Source: a virus (lineage: Duplodnaviria > Caudoviricetes). Taken from it: DNA of 33,112 nucleotides. This document shows positions 16,891-25,147 of this stretch, in pieces; positions within the stretch are counted from its first letter, which is position 1, and the number at the start of each line of letters is the position of its first letter. The translations under genes were made by a program, and so were the position numbers. Under the pieces are notes generated by a model. The model ran no database searches. It saw nothing but the letters and a program-made list of their open reading frames with translations, and had not been told where the DNA came from. The stretch is from the IMG/VR virus record IMGVR_UViG_3300011337_000256, positions 1-33,112 of that record; one strand, given 5' to 3'.

Positions 16891-17202
16891 ATGGAAATTA
16901 ACACAGATTATTTAAGAGGTTTAGTAGATACCACACTAGAGTTCTACGAGCTAACAAATGGGCGTATTCCCAAAGACAAAGACTTGCAAATAAGTTATGA
17001 AATATTCACTGGCAGTCATTACGTTGTAGGTTGCAAGGTTACATTTACTTATAAAGTAACTGTTTCGAGCAAATGGGAAAGTGATAGCGAGCTTGAAGAA
17101 AATTGGCTAAAAATCTACGAGAAAGATACTATCAGCGGAGTAGTGAGTGATATTACTGACATTTTATCGGATATACATTTAAAATCAATTAATTATTTAT
17201 AA
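16891..17202 (+). CDS. Hypothetical protein
   Basis: 103 aa, first gene of the recombination operon. Confidence 0.65.
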   Translation: MEINTDYLRGLVDTTLEFYELTNGRIPKDKDLQISYEIFTGSHYVVGCKVTFTYKVTVSSKWESDSELEENWLKIYEKDTISGVVSDITDILSDIHLKSINYL

Positions 17203-17204
17203 TT

Positions 17205-17726
17205 ATGGAAAATTTAATTAAAATACAAAACGAACTTAAGGTGCCAAAAGGTAACTTAAACAAATTCGGTAACTATAAGTATAGAAGCGCAGAAGATATA
17301 TTAGAAGCTGTTAAACCTATTCTTTTAAAATATAACGAGCTATTAACATTAAGTGATGAAATATTGCCTATTGGTAATAAAGTATTCTTAAAAGCAACCG
17401 CACGCATTAAAGACGTTGTATCTTATGGTTATGCTGAACTATCTGAACATAAAGGAATGTCATCTGAGCAAGCCACCGGGACGGCAAGCAGTTACGCGCG
17501 AAAATATGCAATGAATGGACTTTTCTTAATAGATGAAACGGAAGCCGATCCGGATAGTAAAAAGAACTTATCACTATCCGAACAATTAGAAATAGCAAAA
17601 GCTAAGATAATAACAGCTAACAGCGCAGATGATTTGGTTAATAAATGGAATACATTAACTAATATTGAAAAGTCATTTGAGCCGGTTGTTTTATTAGCTA
17701 AGGAATTAAAATCTAAATTTAAGTAA
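17205..17726 (+). CDS. erf: ERF-family single-strand annealing protein
   Basis: N.FG.YKYRSAEDIL.AVKP and G.ASSYARKYA.NGLF.IDE...DPD signature. Confidence 0.9.
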   Translation: MENLIKIQNELKVPKGNLNKFGNYKYRSAEDILEAVKPILLKYNELLTLSDEILPIGNKVFLKATARIKDVVSYGYAELSEHKGMSSEQATGTASSYARKYAMNGLFLIDETEADPDSKKNLSLSEQLEIAKAKIITANSADDLVNKWNTLTNIEKSFEPVVLLAKELKSKFK

Positions 17727-17727
17727 T

Positions 17728-18216
17728 ATGAACATTTACCAAATCCAAAACGAATATTTGCTTTTAATAAACCAAATAATCGAAAACGGCGGAGAAGTAA
17801 CTCCGCAACAAGAATTGAATTTACAAATAACAAGGGAGCAATTACAAGACAAAGGCACAAACTATGCCTTTGTTATAAAGAAATTAGACGCTGAATGCGA
17901 CATCATTGATGCTGAGATAAAGAGACTAAGCGAATTAAAGAAAGTGCGTCAGAATGCTTGTGAACGTCTTAAATCAAATATAAGTCACGCAATGCAAATA
18001 TTTGAAGTTGATAAAATAGAAAGCCCATTGATTAAGCTATCATTTAGGAAATCTCAAAGCGTTAATGTAGCGGATGTTAATAGTTTACCGAATGAGTACA
18101 AGACAATTAAAGTAACTGAGCAAGCTGATAAGATTAAAATTAAACAAGCCTTATTGAATGGTGAAAAGATTGAAGGATGTGAGATAGTTAATAGTAATAA
18201 TTTACAAATAAAATGA
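17728..18216 (+). CDS. Siphovirus Gp157-family protein
   Basis: MNIYQI..EY start, EIKRL coiled coil, DK..IK.AL..G..IEG.......LQIK end; adjacent to Erf. Confidence 0.85.
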   Translation: MNIYQIQNEYLLLINQIIENGGEVTPQQELNLQITREQLQDKGTNYAFVIKKLDAECDIIDAEIKRLSELKKVRQNACERLKSNISHAMQIFEVDKIESPLIKLSFRKSQSVNVADVNSLPNEYKTIKVTEQADKIKIKQALLNGEKIEGCEIVNSNNLQIK

Positions 18217-19046
18217 AAAAAAAATTACTTGTATCATTTAGCGGTGGTGAAACTTCCGCTTTTATGGCACAATGGCTTTGGAAGCATAAGCAAAATGAAT
18301 TTGAAATGATATTTGTATTTGCAAATACTGGGCAAGAAAGCGAAGAAACTTTAATTTTTATTAATCAATGTGAAAAGGAGTTTGGATTTAAAATAAATTG
18401 GATTGAGTGCGATGTGAAAGAGGGTAAAGGAAACGGAACAAGATTTAAAATTACTGATTTTGAAAATGCAAAAAGAAATGGAGAACCATTTGAGCAGGTA
18501 ATTAAAAAATACGGAATACCCAATACTTCATTTTTGCATTGCACAAGAGAATTAAAGATGAACCCGATTAAAGCATACGCAAAAAGTATTTGGGGGAAAG
18601 AAAAGTATTATTTAGCAATAGGAATTAGAGTAGATGAATTTGATAGAATGAACGCTAATAAAGATAAATTAAGAATTATTTACCCATTAATTTCAAAAGA
18701 AATGCAACCAATGACAAAAAAAATGATTAATTTTTATTGGCAAAATATGCCATTTCGATTAAAATTAAAAGGCTATCAAGGTAATTGTGTTACTTGCTAT
18801 AAAAAGAGTGACAAAAAATTGTTTCAGATAGCTAAAGAAAATCCGAGTGCGTTTGATTTCTTTGATAGAATGGAAAAACAATATGGTAACGGACAGCAAA
18901 TATTTAGAAAAAATAGAACAGCCGAAATGATTTTAGAAGAAAGTAAAAATTGGAATGGAACAATTAAAGATGATTGTATAAACGAACTAACACTATTTGA
19001 TAATGATAGCTGTGAAGTATTTAGTAACTGTAATGAAAAAAATTAA
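18213..19046 (+). CDS. PAPS-reductase / PP-loop family protein
   Basis: VSFSGGETS PP-loop, FANTG.E, CTRELK..P, GIR.DE..R, YPL, GNC..C. Confidence 0.85.
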   Translation: MKKKLLVSFSGGETSAFMAQWLWKHKQNEFEMIFVFANTGQESEETLIFINQCEKEFGFKINWIECDVKEGKGNGTRFKITDFENAKRNGEPFEQVIKKYGIPNTSFLHCTRELKMNPIKAYAKSIWGKEKYYLAIGIRVDEFDRMNANKDKLRIIYPLISKEMQPMTKKMINFYWQNMPFRLKLKGYQGNCVTCYKKSDKKLFQIAKENPSAFDFFDRMEKQYGNGQQIFRKNRTAEMILEESKNWNGTIKDDCINELTLFDNDSCEVFSNCNEKN

Positions 19047-19052
19047 ATAACA

Positions 19053-19256
19053 ATGGAAAACAAACACTATAACAACGAAAACGGAAGCCTATATTTATTC
19101 GCTCAACATCATGAACTTAACGCCTGGGAGTTTGACATCATTAAGCGCGTAGTAAGATGCCGAAAGAAAGGGCAATGGCTTAGTGACATCAATAAGACTA
19201 TTAAGGTTTTAGAATTATACAGAGATGAAATGAAACATTTAAATGATGTGATATGA
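19053..19256 (+). CDS. DUF3310-like protein
   Basis: HY...IIK.V.R..KKG....D..K....L pattern. Confidence 0.6.
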   Translation: MENKHYNNENGSLYLFAQHHELNAWEFDIIKRVVRCRKKGQWLSDINKTIKVLELYRDEMKHLNDVI

Positions 19257-19486
19257 AACGCTGTTTCACTTGCAACCGATTAAAACCATTAATTTGTTTT
19301 AAAATTAATCACAGAAAGTATCAGTTAAAATCTGACAAACGTAGGGCCGTTAACTGTAGGCTCTGCAACGTTAAACGATTGATTAAACAAGACGGAGAAG
19401 TAATTAAGTACAATTATGAGACGAATAAATATGAAGCTGTTACAATTAAAACTAATTTAATAAACATAATAAAATACTACTTATGA
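19253..19486 (+). CDS. Small zinc-finger protein
   Basis: CFTC...CRLC pairs; basic. Confidence 0.6.
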   Translation: MKRCFTCNRLKPLICFKINHRKYQLKSDKRRAVNCRLCNVKRLIKQDGEVIKYNYETNKYEAVTIKTNLINIIKYYL

Positions 19487-19974
19487 ATATCGAAAAAACA
19501 CACCGAGCGTTATTAATGTATGTTGGAATTGCCAAAACATTAAATGATGAAACTTGTCGATTTTTAAACGAATTTAAGCAAGATAACAAGCGAAGATTTA
19601 ATAACTATGTTGGCGACCTAACTAGCTTCCAAAACACAGTAAGAAAGAATATGAACATGGAGGGAGTAGACGCGGCAGATCAGTTGCAAGACTATCAACA
19701 TAAAATAATTCAGGAACTAATCGAAAAGGAAAAGTATAAGGATATTGAAACGTTTTTAGCTTTCAGTAAAATGCTTTCACTTGTTTACAATAGTTATTTA
19801 AAAATGTATAAGCATGCTTCAAAGGATAACTTTACTTCATTAAATAACTCAGCTAATATATTCAGAAATACCTTAGCGTTTAACAATGCAGAACAAAAAA
19901 AAGTTGATGATTACATTCATGGATTTGTTATGAGTTTAATTGAAAATAATGAGTGGAGTAGGGAGGTTAAATAA
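19483..19974 (+). CDS. Hypothetical helical protein with an internal tandem duplication
   Basis: Two ~70-aa halves each containing K.L...K...K..F...F.NT...DY.H...LIE. Confidence 0.6.
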   Translation: MNIEKTHRALLMYVGIAKTLNDETCRFLNEFKQDNKRRFNNYVGDLTSFQNTVRKNMNMEGVDAADQLQDYQHKIIQELIEKEKYKDIETFLAFSKMLSLVYNSYLKMYKHASKDNFTSLNNSANIFRNTLAFNNAEQKKVDDYIHGFVMSLIENNEWSREVK

Positions 19975-19999
19975 AAAAATATTATGTGTTTTTAAAAGT

Positions 20000-20045
20000 G
20001 TACATTAGGTATAATTTAGGTATAAATTAGGTACATTAGGTATAA
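20000..20045. repeat. Array of four TTAGGTA direct repeats
   Basis: Copies at 20005, 20016, 20027 and 20036; GTACATTAGGTATAA is repeated at 20000 and 20031. Confidence 0.9.
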
Positions 20046-20080
20046 ATCAATTTAACTCATGATAATTAAATAATTATTTG

Positions 20081-20088
20081 TATATTTG
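20081..20088 (+). promoter_or_regulatory. Bacteroidota -7 promoter element TATATTTG
   Basis: Exact TAnnTTTG upstream of the replication operon; no clear -33 element. Confidence 0.65.
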
Positions 20089-20093
20089 CATCT

Positions 20094-20176
20094 GTTGTGT
20101 AGGAGCAACTATTTATAAAAAATTTACAAAAGACCTCTATTGTGCGGAACTCCTACTCCAAACTCTAGAGGTTTTT
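20094..20176 (+). ncRNA. Structured leader RNA, copy 2 (two hairpins with complementary loops)
   Basis: GTTG-[TGTAGGAG]-CAAC, 21-nt AT linker, AGACCTCTA/TAGAGGTTT outer stem, GGA/TCC inner stem, loop ACTCCTAC, T tract. Confidence 0.65.
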
Positions 20177-20188
20177 ACGTTAATAATT

Positions 20189-20383
20189 ATGCCAACAAAA
20201 ACTCAGTTTATTTGCAGTTACGAAAGTACAGATGTATTAGAATTAATACATGATGAAAAAGATTTAATAATTCAATTTAAAGATTTATTAAATATTGATG
20301 ATTTAAGAGAAATTATTTTAAACAAATATGATTGTAAAAAATTAATTTCTGAATTATTAATTATAGAAAAAAAATTAAAATAA
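20189..20383 (+). CDS. Small hypothetical protein (64 aa, MPTKTQF...; track start at TTG 20078 is unlikely)
   Basis: ATG follows the leader RNA; TAATG-coupled to the initiator gene. Confidence 0.6.
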   Translation: MPTKTQFICSYESTDVLELIHDEKDLIIQFKDLLNIDDLREIILNKYDCKKLISELLIIEKKLK

Positions 20384-21153
20384 TGGCTGAAGATAAAAAA
20401 TCATTTTTAATGTATTGTGATTTAATACATACTATTAAAAAAATGCCAGATGATAAAGCTGGTTTATTATTTAAACATTTATTAGCCTATGTAAATGATG
20501 AAAATCCTATTACAGATGACTTATTAATAGAATTAACTTTTGAGCCAATTAAACAACAATTAAAAAGAGATTTAATAAAATGGGAAAATGAAATAATTAA
20601 AAAAGGAGATTCTGGAGCATTAGGAAATCTTAAAAGATGGAATGAAGATTTGTATAAACAAGTGATTAACAAGGAGTTAAGTTTACAAAAAGCTGTTGAA
20701 ATCGCAAAGAGTCGCAAACTATCGCAGTGCGATGAAATTAATCGCACCGAGTCGCAAAGTGTCGCAAACATCGCTGTAAATGATAATGTTAATGTTAATG
20801 TTAATGATATAAATATATCTTTTGATTGTTTTTGGAATCTTTACAATAAAAAGGTTGGTGACAAAAAGAAAATTGAAAATAAATGGAATAAATTAAAAAA
20901 TGAGGATAGACAAAAAATAATTAATACATTGCCAACTTTTTTAAATTCAATAACAGATAAACAGTTTCAACCATTTCCTGAAACGTATTTAAATAATAAA
21001 CGTTGGAATGATGAAATAATTGAAAATCAAAACTCAAATAAAAAACATTATTATTTAAGTAGTCCATTTGGAACTTGGGATGGTCTTTTAACTGAAGATG
21101 AATTTAAAAATAAAACATTAACTAATTACTGGACTTTAATTAAAATAGCATGA
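20383..21153 (+). CDS. Replication initiator (DUF6291-like N-terminus; C-terminal F..FW..Y.KK...P.TYLN..RW.DE domain)
   Basis: KKSFLMY.D...M.D..AG.LF..L..Y start, NVNVN low-complexity linker, internal iterons, upstream of primase-helicase. Confidence 0.75.
   Translation: MAEDKKSFLMYCDLIHTIKKMPDDKAGLLFKHLLAYVNDENPITDDLLIELTFEPIKQQLKRDLIKWENEIIKKGDSGALGNLKRWNEDLYKQVINKELSLQKAVEIAKSRKLSQCDEINRTESQSVANIAVNDNVNVNVNDINISFDCFWNLYNKKVGDKKKIENKWNKLKNEDRQKIINTLPTFLNSITDKQFQPFPETYLNNKRWNDEIIENQNSNKKHYYLSSPFGTWDGLLTEDEFKNKTLTNYWTLIKIA
20701..20815. other. Putative replication origin inside the initiator gene
   Basis: RTCGCA at 20701, 20711, 20721, 20741, 20751, 20761 (10-bp phase), one inverted copy at 20728, then AATGWT repeats and an AT-rich tract. 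Confidence 0.7.
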
Positions 21154-23024
21154 TAAGCGAAATCTCAATAAATAAAGTAAAAGACTCTGCTAAAATTGTT
21201 GATGTCATTTCTGATTATTTAGAACTTAAAAAAAATGGTGCAAATTATATTTGTTTAAGTCCTTTTAGTAATGAAAAAAATCCATCATTTACAGTTAGTC
21301 AATCTAAAAATATATTTAAATGTTTTAGCACAGGTAAAGGAGGTGACTGTATTACATTTTTAATGGAATATAAAAAAATCAATTATATTGATGCTATTAA
21401 ACTTTTAGCTGAAAAATATGTAATAGAGTTAATTGAAGAAAAAAACACCTCAAAACAAAATTATACACGTCCTATATGGAAAAATAATACTATCTTATCT
21501 GATAAGGTTATTAAATGGTTTGAAAATGAAAGAAAAATATCTCAAAACACTTTAAATGATTTAAAAATTAGTGAGGGTATTGAATGGATGCCTAAAAAAA
21601 ATGATTCAAAAGGTCATAATATAAATACTATTCAATTTAATTATTTTATTGATAATAAATTAATTAATACAAAATTTAGAGATTCTTTAAAAATGTTTAA
21701 ACTAGTTTCAGGAGCTGAATTAGTTTTATATAATTTAGATTCTTTAAATGGTTATACAAGTTGTTTTATTACAGAAGGTGAAATTGATGCCTTAACTTTA
21801 CATGAATGTGGTTTTAAAAATGTTATTTCTGTTCCAAATGGAGCAAGTAAAGGAAAAAATAATTTAACCTATTTAGATAATTCAATACAATATCTTGAAC
21901 ATATTAATGAATTTATACTTTGTTTAGATAATGATGAAAATGGTAATAAATTAAAAGATGAACTTGCAAGACGTTTAGGTTTTGAAAATTGTAAAACAGT
22001 TACTTTTAAAGATTGTAAAGACGCAAACGAATGTTTAGTTAAATATGGTAAACAAATAATAATAGATTCAATTAAAGATGCTAAAGAGTTTCCAATAGTT
22101 GGCGTATTTAATTCACATGATATTGAAAATGATATTTTAGATTATTATAATAATGGTTTACCTGAAGGTACTGGAATTAATATGGCTGAAATAGATACTA
22201 ATATTAGATTTCACCAAGGTTATTTAACAATGTTAACTGGAATACCTGGACATGGAAAATCAGAGTTTTTAGATTTTTTATTATGTAGATTAAATTTATC
22301 AGATGATAATTGGAAAACAGCTTATTTTAGTCCTGAAAATCATCCACTTCAATTACATTTTAGTAAACTTGCAGAAAAATTAATAGGAAAATCATTTGAT
22401 AAAAAAAGTAACAATAGATTAAGTCCTATTGATTTAAGAAATGCTATTGATTATTGTAGTGAAAATTTTTATTTTATTAATCCTGAAGAAGATTTTTCAA
22501 TTAATTCTATTTTAAAAAGTGTTAAAGAATTAATTAAACGAAAAGGAATAAAAGCATTTGTTATTGATGCATGGAATAAATTAGACCATAAAAGAGGTAA
22601 TAAAGATAAAAATGATTATATAAGTGAAACTTTAGACATTATTATAAAATTTTGCGAACGTAATTTAATTCATTGTTTTTTAGTTGCACATCCTACAAAA
22701 ATGGGTAAAGATAAAGACGGGAAACCTGAAATACCTAGTTTGTATAATATTTCAGATTCAGCTCATTTTTTTAATAAAACAGCAAATGGCATTTGTGTTT
22801 ATAGAAATTTTGAAACTGGATGTGTAGAAATTCATATTCAGAAAGTAAAATTCAAACATTGGGGGCAAACATCAACAGTACATTTAGCATGGAATAAAGA
22901 TAATGGTCGTTATTATAAAGGTTATCCAAATAATGATAATTGGTTAAACTACGAAAAACCATTACAAAACAATACTAACTTTTTAAATGATATAATTTTT
23001 AATAACGAAGAAACACCATTTTAA
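21150..23024 (+). CDS. Primase-helicase: DnaG-type zinc-binding domain + TOPRIM + SF4 (T7 gp4/Twinkle-like) helicase
   Basis: SPF..EK.PSF.V...FKCFSTGKGGD; ITEGEIDAL; LDND..G; KDANE; TGIPGHGKSEF Walker A; VIDAWN; LVAHP.K; acidic tail EETPF. Confidence 0.92.
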   Translation: MISEISINKVKDSAKIVDVISDYLELKKNGANYICLSPFSNEKNPSFTVSQSKNIFKCFSTGKGGDCITFLMEYKKINYIDAIKLLAEKYVIELIEEKNTSKQNYTRPIWKNNTILSDKVIKWFENERKISQNTLNDLKISEGIEWMPKKNDSKGHNINTIQFNYFIDNKLINTKFRDSLKMFKLVSGAELVLYNLDSLNGYTSCFITEGEIDALTLHECGFKNVISVPNGASKGKNNLTYLDNSIQYLEHINEFILCLDNDENGNKLKDELARRLGFENCKTVTFKDCKDANECLVKYGKQIIIDSIKDAKEFPIVGVFNSHDIENDILDYYNNGLPEGTGINMAEIDTNIRFHQGYLTMLTGIPGHGKSEFLDFLLCRLNLSDDNWKTAYFSPENHPLQLHFSKLAEKLIGKSFDKKSNNRLSPIDLRNAIDYCSENFYFINPEEDFSINSILKSVKELIKRKGIKAFVIDAWNKLDHKRGNKDKNDYISETLDIIIKFCERNLIHCFLVAHPTKMGKDKDGKPEIPSLYNISDSAHFFNKTANGICVYRNFETGCVEIHIQKVKFKHWGQTSTVHLAWNKDNGRYYKGYPNNDNWLNYEKPLQNNTNFLNDIIFNNEETPF

Positions 23025-23025
23025 C

Positions 23026-23247
23026 ATGAAAAAAGAAACAATTATAAAATTAATGAATGATGAGGTTTACAATAATTTAAGTCATTACAATGCTATTTAC
23101 TTTCAACCTAAAACAGGAAAATTTTTATATGCTGATACTTATATAAATAATGAAATTGTAAATGATTTAATAAATGATAAAACAATAACTTACATAGGTA
23201 ACTGTATTCATCAATATGAGAAAATGCTTAAATACATATCAATATGA
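23026..23247 (+). CDS. Hypothetical protein
   Basis: 73 aa, packed in the operon. Confidence 0.6.
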   Translation: MKKETIIKLMNDEVYNNLSHYNAIYFQPKTGKFLYADTYINNEIVNDLINDKTITYIGNCIHQYEKMLKYISI

Positions 23248-23360
23248 AAATCCTAAGAATATACACCGTCGACGGTATACAGCTAGTTGACTATGAAGAC
23301 AACGGACATTTTAACACGATGCCGTATGTTTATTTTAAATCTAAATACGAAGTGAAATGA
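23244..23360 (+). CDS. Small hypothetical protein (38 aa, MKILRIYTVD...)
   Basis: Translated by hand; ATGA overlaps at both ends. Confidence 0.6.
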   Translation: MKILRIYTVDGIQLVDYEDNGHFNTMPYVYFKSKYEVK

Positions 23361-24037
23361 AAATACTTAATTTATATGCCTGTTTAGGCGGAAACAGATA
23401 CAAATGGAATGAGGTTAAATATGATATTGAAGTGACTGCGGTTGAACTTGACCCGGAAGCCGCACGATTATACCAAGAGAGGTTTCCGAATGATACTGTA
23501 ATTATTGCAGATGCACATCAATATTTATTAGACCATTACAAAGAGTTTGATTTTATTTGGAGTTCACCACCTTGCCCAAGTCATTCAAGGGCTAGGTATT
23601 GGGGATGTAAAAATGGTGAAATGACTACAAAACCAATCTATCCTGATTTAAAATTATATGAGGAAATATTATTTTTAAAACATTATTTTAATGGTAAATT
23701 TGTCGTTGAAAATGTAATACCTTATTATGAGCCTTTAATACAATCGCAAAAAAGAGGTAGACATTTATATTGGTGTAATTTTAATTTACCAAATAATATA
23801 AATGAACGAACATTTTTAGGTCTTTGCCAAAGAACTAAAGAAAATAAATATCAAGGAAATGAATTAAATGGTTTATGTGATTTTCATAATTATGATTTTA
23901 AAAAATATAAAGGTGAACAATCAGTTATTAAAATGGCTCGTAACTTAGTAGACTACGAAGCTGGTAAGACTATCTTTGAAACTGCTTTAGGAATAATTAA
24001 CAAATCAAAAACAATTCAAACAAGTATATTCGAATGA
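23357..24037 (+). CDS. Orphan C5-cytosine DNA methyltransferase (short phage type)
   Basis: Motif I variant LNLYACLGG, AVE, catalytic SPPC, ENV, R.RH, C-terminal RN.V. Confidence 0.85.
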   Translation: MKILNLYACLGGNRYKWNEVKYDIEVTAVELDPEAARLYQERFPNDTVIIADAHQYLLDHYKEFDFIWSSPPCPSHSRARYWGCKNGEMTTKPIYPDLKLYEEILFLKHYFNGKFVVENVIPYYEPLIQSQKRGRHLYWCNFNLPNNINERTFLGLCQRTKENKYQGNELNGLCDFHNYDFKKYKGEQSVIKMARNLVDYEAGKTIFETALGIINKSKTIQTSIFE

Positions 24038-24495
24038 CCCCCCTACAACAACTAACAGAATTAGACTGGCAAATACGATGCAAAGAGTCTAGGATGCCTC
24101 CTGAATATATTGTACGAACGAAGTTTACTGATAAGACAGCAAATTCATTAACTAAGGCTATTGTAAAATGGATTAACCTAAACGGATACCAGGCAGAACG
24201 TATCAGTACTTCGGGACGTTGGGTTGATAATTCTAAGGTTGTTACTGATGTACTTGGAAATCAAAAAAAGATAGGCTCAGGAAAATACATTAAAGGATCG
24301 GGGACTAAGGGGTCTGCGGATATTAGCGCAACTATCAAAGGCAAATCAATTAAGATAGAAGTAAAAATAGGTAAGGATAAGCAATCCGAAGCACAAATAG
24401 AATATCAGAAAGCTATTGAAAAAGCTGGCGGTATTTACTTTATTGCAAAAGATTTTACTTCATTTTATGAATTTTATAGTACTTTAGTACAGTGA
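24034..24495 (+). CDS. VRR-NUC / PD-(D/E)xK nuclease (Holliday-junction-resolvase-like)
   Basis: G.ADI....G....IEVK..KD.QS.AQ...Q..IE.AGG.Y. Confidence 0.8.
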   Translation: MTPLQQLTELDWQIRCKESRMPPEYIVRTKFTDKTANSLTKAIVKWINLNGYQAERISTSGRWVDNSKVVTDVLGNQKKIGSGKYIKGSGTKGSADISATIKGKSIKIEVKIGKDKQSEAQIEYQKAIEKAGGIYFIAKDFTSFYEFYSTLVQ

Positions 24496-25010
24496 CAAAA
24501 CAAGAACAAATAACAGAACTGTTTAAAGACACATCGTTAAAAAACAATGCTCGAAAGTTATGCAACAATCGAGACATCTTTAACGACCTTTTTCAGGAAA
24601 CTTTTATTTATTTGTTGGAGTTACCCGATGAAAAGTTTAACCGAATAAATAACCTTAAGGCTTTCGCATTCACTGTTATGTTTGGTAAGGCAAACAGCCA
24701 GGCCCGAAACTATAACCTAAATGGTAAAGATAATGTTCTATTTGAAATGTCTAATAAGTTCGGAATATTCGACGGCACTAACATAGCTCATAGCGAATAT
24801 AATTACAAGATTGATGAAGACTTCGATAAGGTCATATCATATTTGAACACCGATAATACTATTAAGGAAACGGATGTATATGTTTTATTTGAATCAACAA
24901 ATGATAAGACTTTAAAGGAGCTTTCAAAGGATTTAGATATGAGTTATCATACTATACGATTAAACAGAAAGAAATTAATAAAAAAAATAATTAATAACGT
25001 GGTGTTATGA
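24492..25010 (+). CDS. ECF-like RNA polymerase sigma factor
   Basis: Region-2-like A.KLC.N....DLFQETF..L and ...L.AF.F.V; C-terminal HTH TLKELSKDLDMSYHTIR; last regulator before the late genes. Confidence 0.75.
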   Translation: MTKQEQITELFKDTSLKNNARKLCNNRDIFNDLFQETFIYLLELPDEKFNRINNLKAFAFTVMFGKANSQARNYNLNGKDNVLFEMSNKFGIFDGTNIAHSEYNYKIDEDFDKVISYLNTDNTIKETDVYVLFESTNDKTLKELSKDLDMSYHTIRLNRKKLIKKIINNVVL

Positions 25011-25147
25011 CTATAATAGAAGCAATACAAGTTTTAAAACATCATCATTATTGGAGACTAGGGGCTACTATTGATCCGTTTGAGCCGAATGTAATTACAG
25101 AGGCTTTTAAAGTAATTATTAAACACTATGAGTTATATAAAGAATAA
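25007..25147 (+). CDS. Small hypothetical protein (46 aa, MTIIEAIQVL...WRLG)
   Basis: Translated by hand; ATGA-coupled to the sigma gene. Confidence 0.6.
   Translation: MTIIEAIQVLKHHHYWRLGATIDPFEPNVITEAFKVIIKHYELYKE

Noticed and set aside
20000-20045. Mini-CRISPR array or telomere-like repeat
   Set aside because: Units are 7 bp with 2-4 nt spacers, far too short for CRISPR, there are no cas genes, and the location is internal.
20078-20188. TTG-initiated N-terminal extension of ORF 20078-20383
   Set aside because: It overlaps the promoter and the structured leader; ATG 20189 has a normal context.
23265-23276. 12-bp palindrome ACCGTCGACGGT
   Set aside because: Single copy inside a small ORF with no T tract or second occurrence noticed; insufficient support.
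23362-23370. AATACTTAA as another late promoter (similarly AATACTT at 11900 and 1240)
   Set aside because: These lie within coding sequence and lack the upstream ATCA at 14-15 nt spacing.
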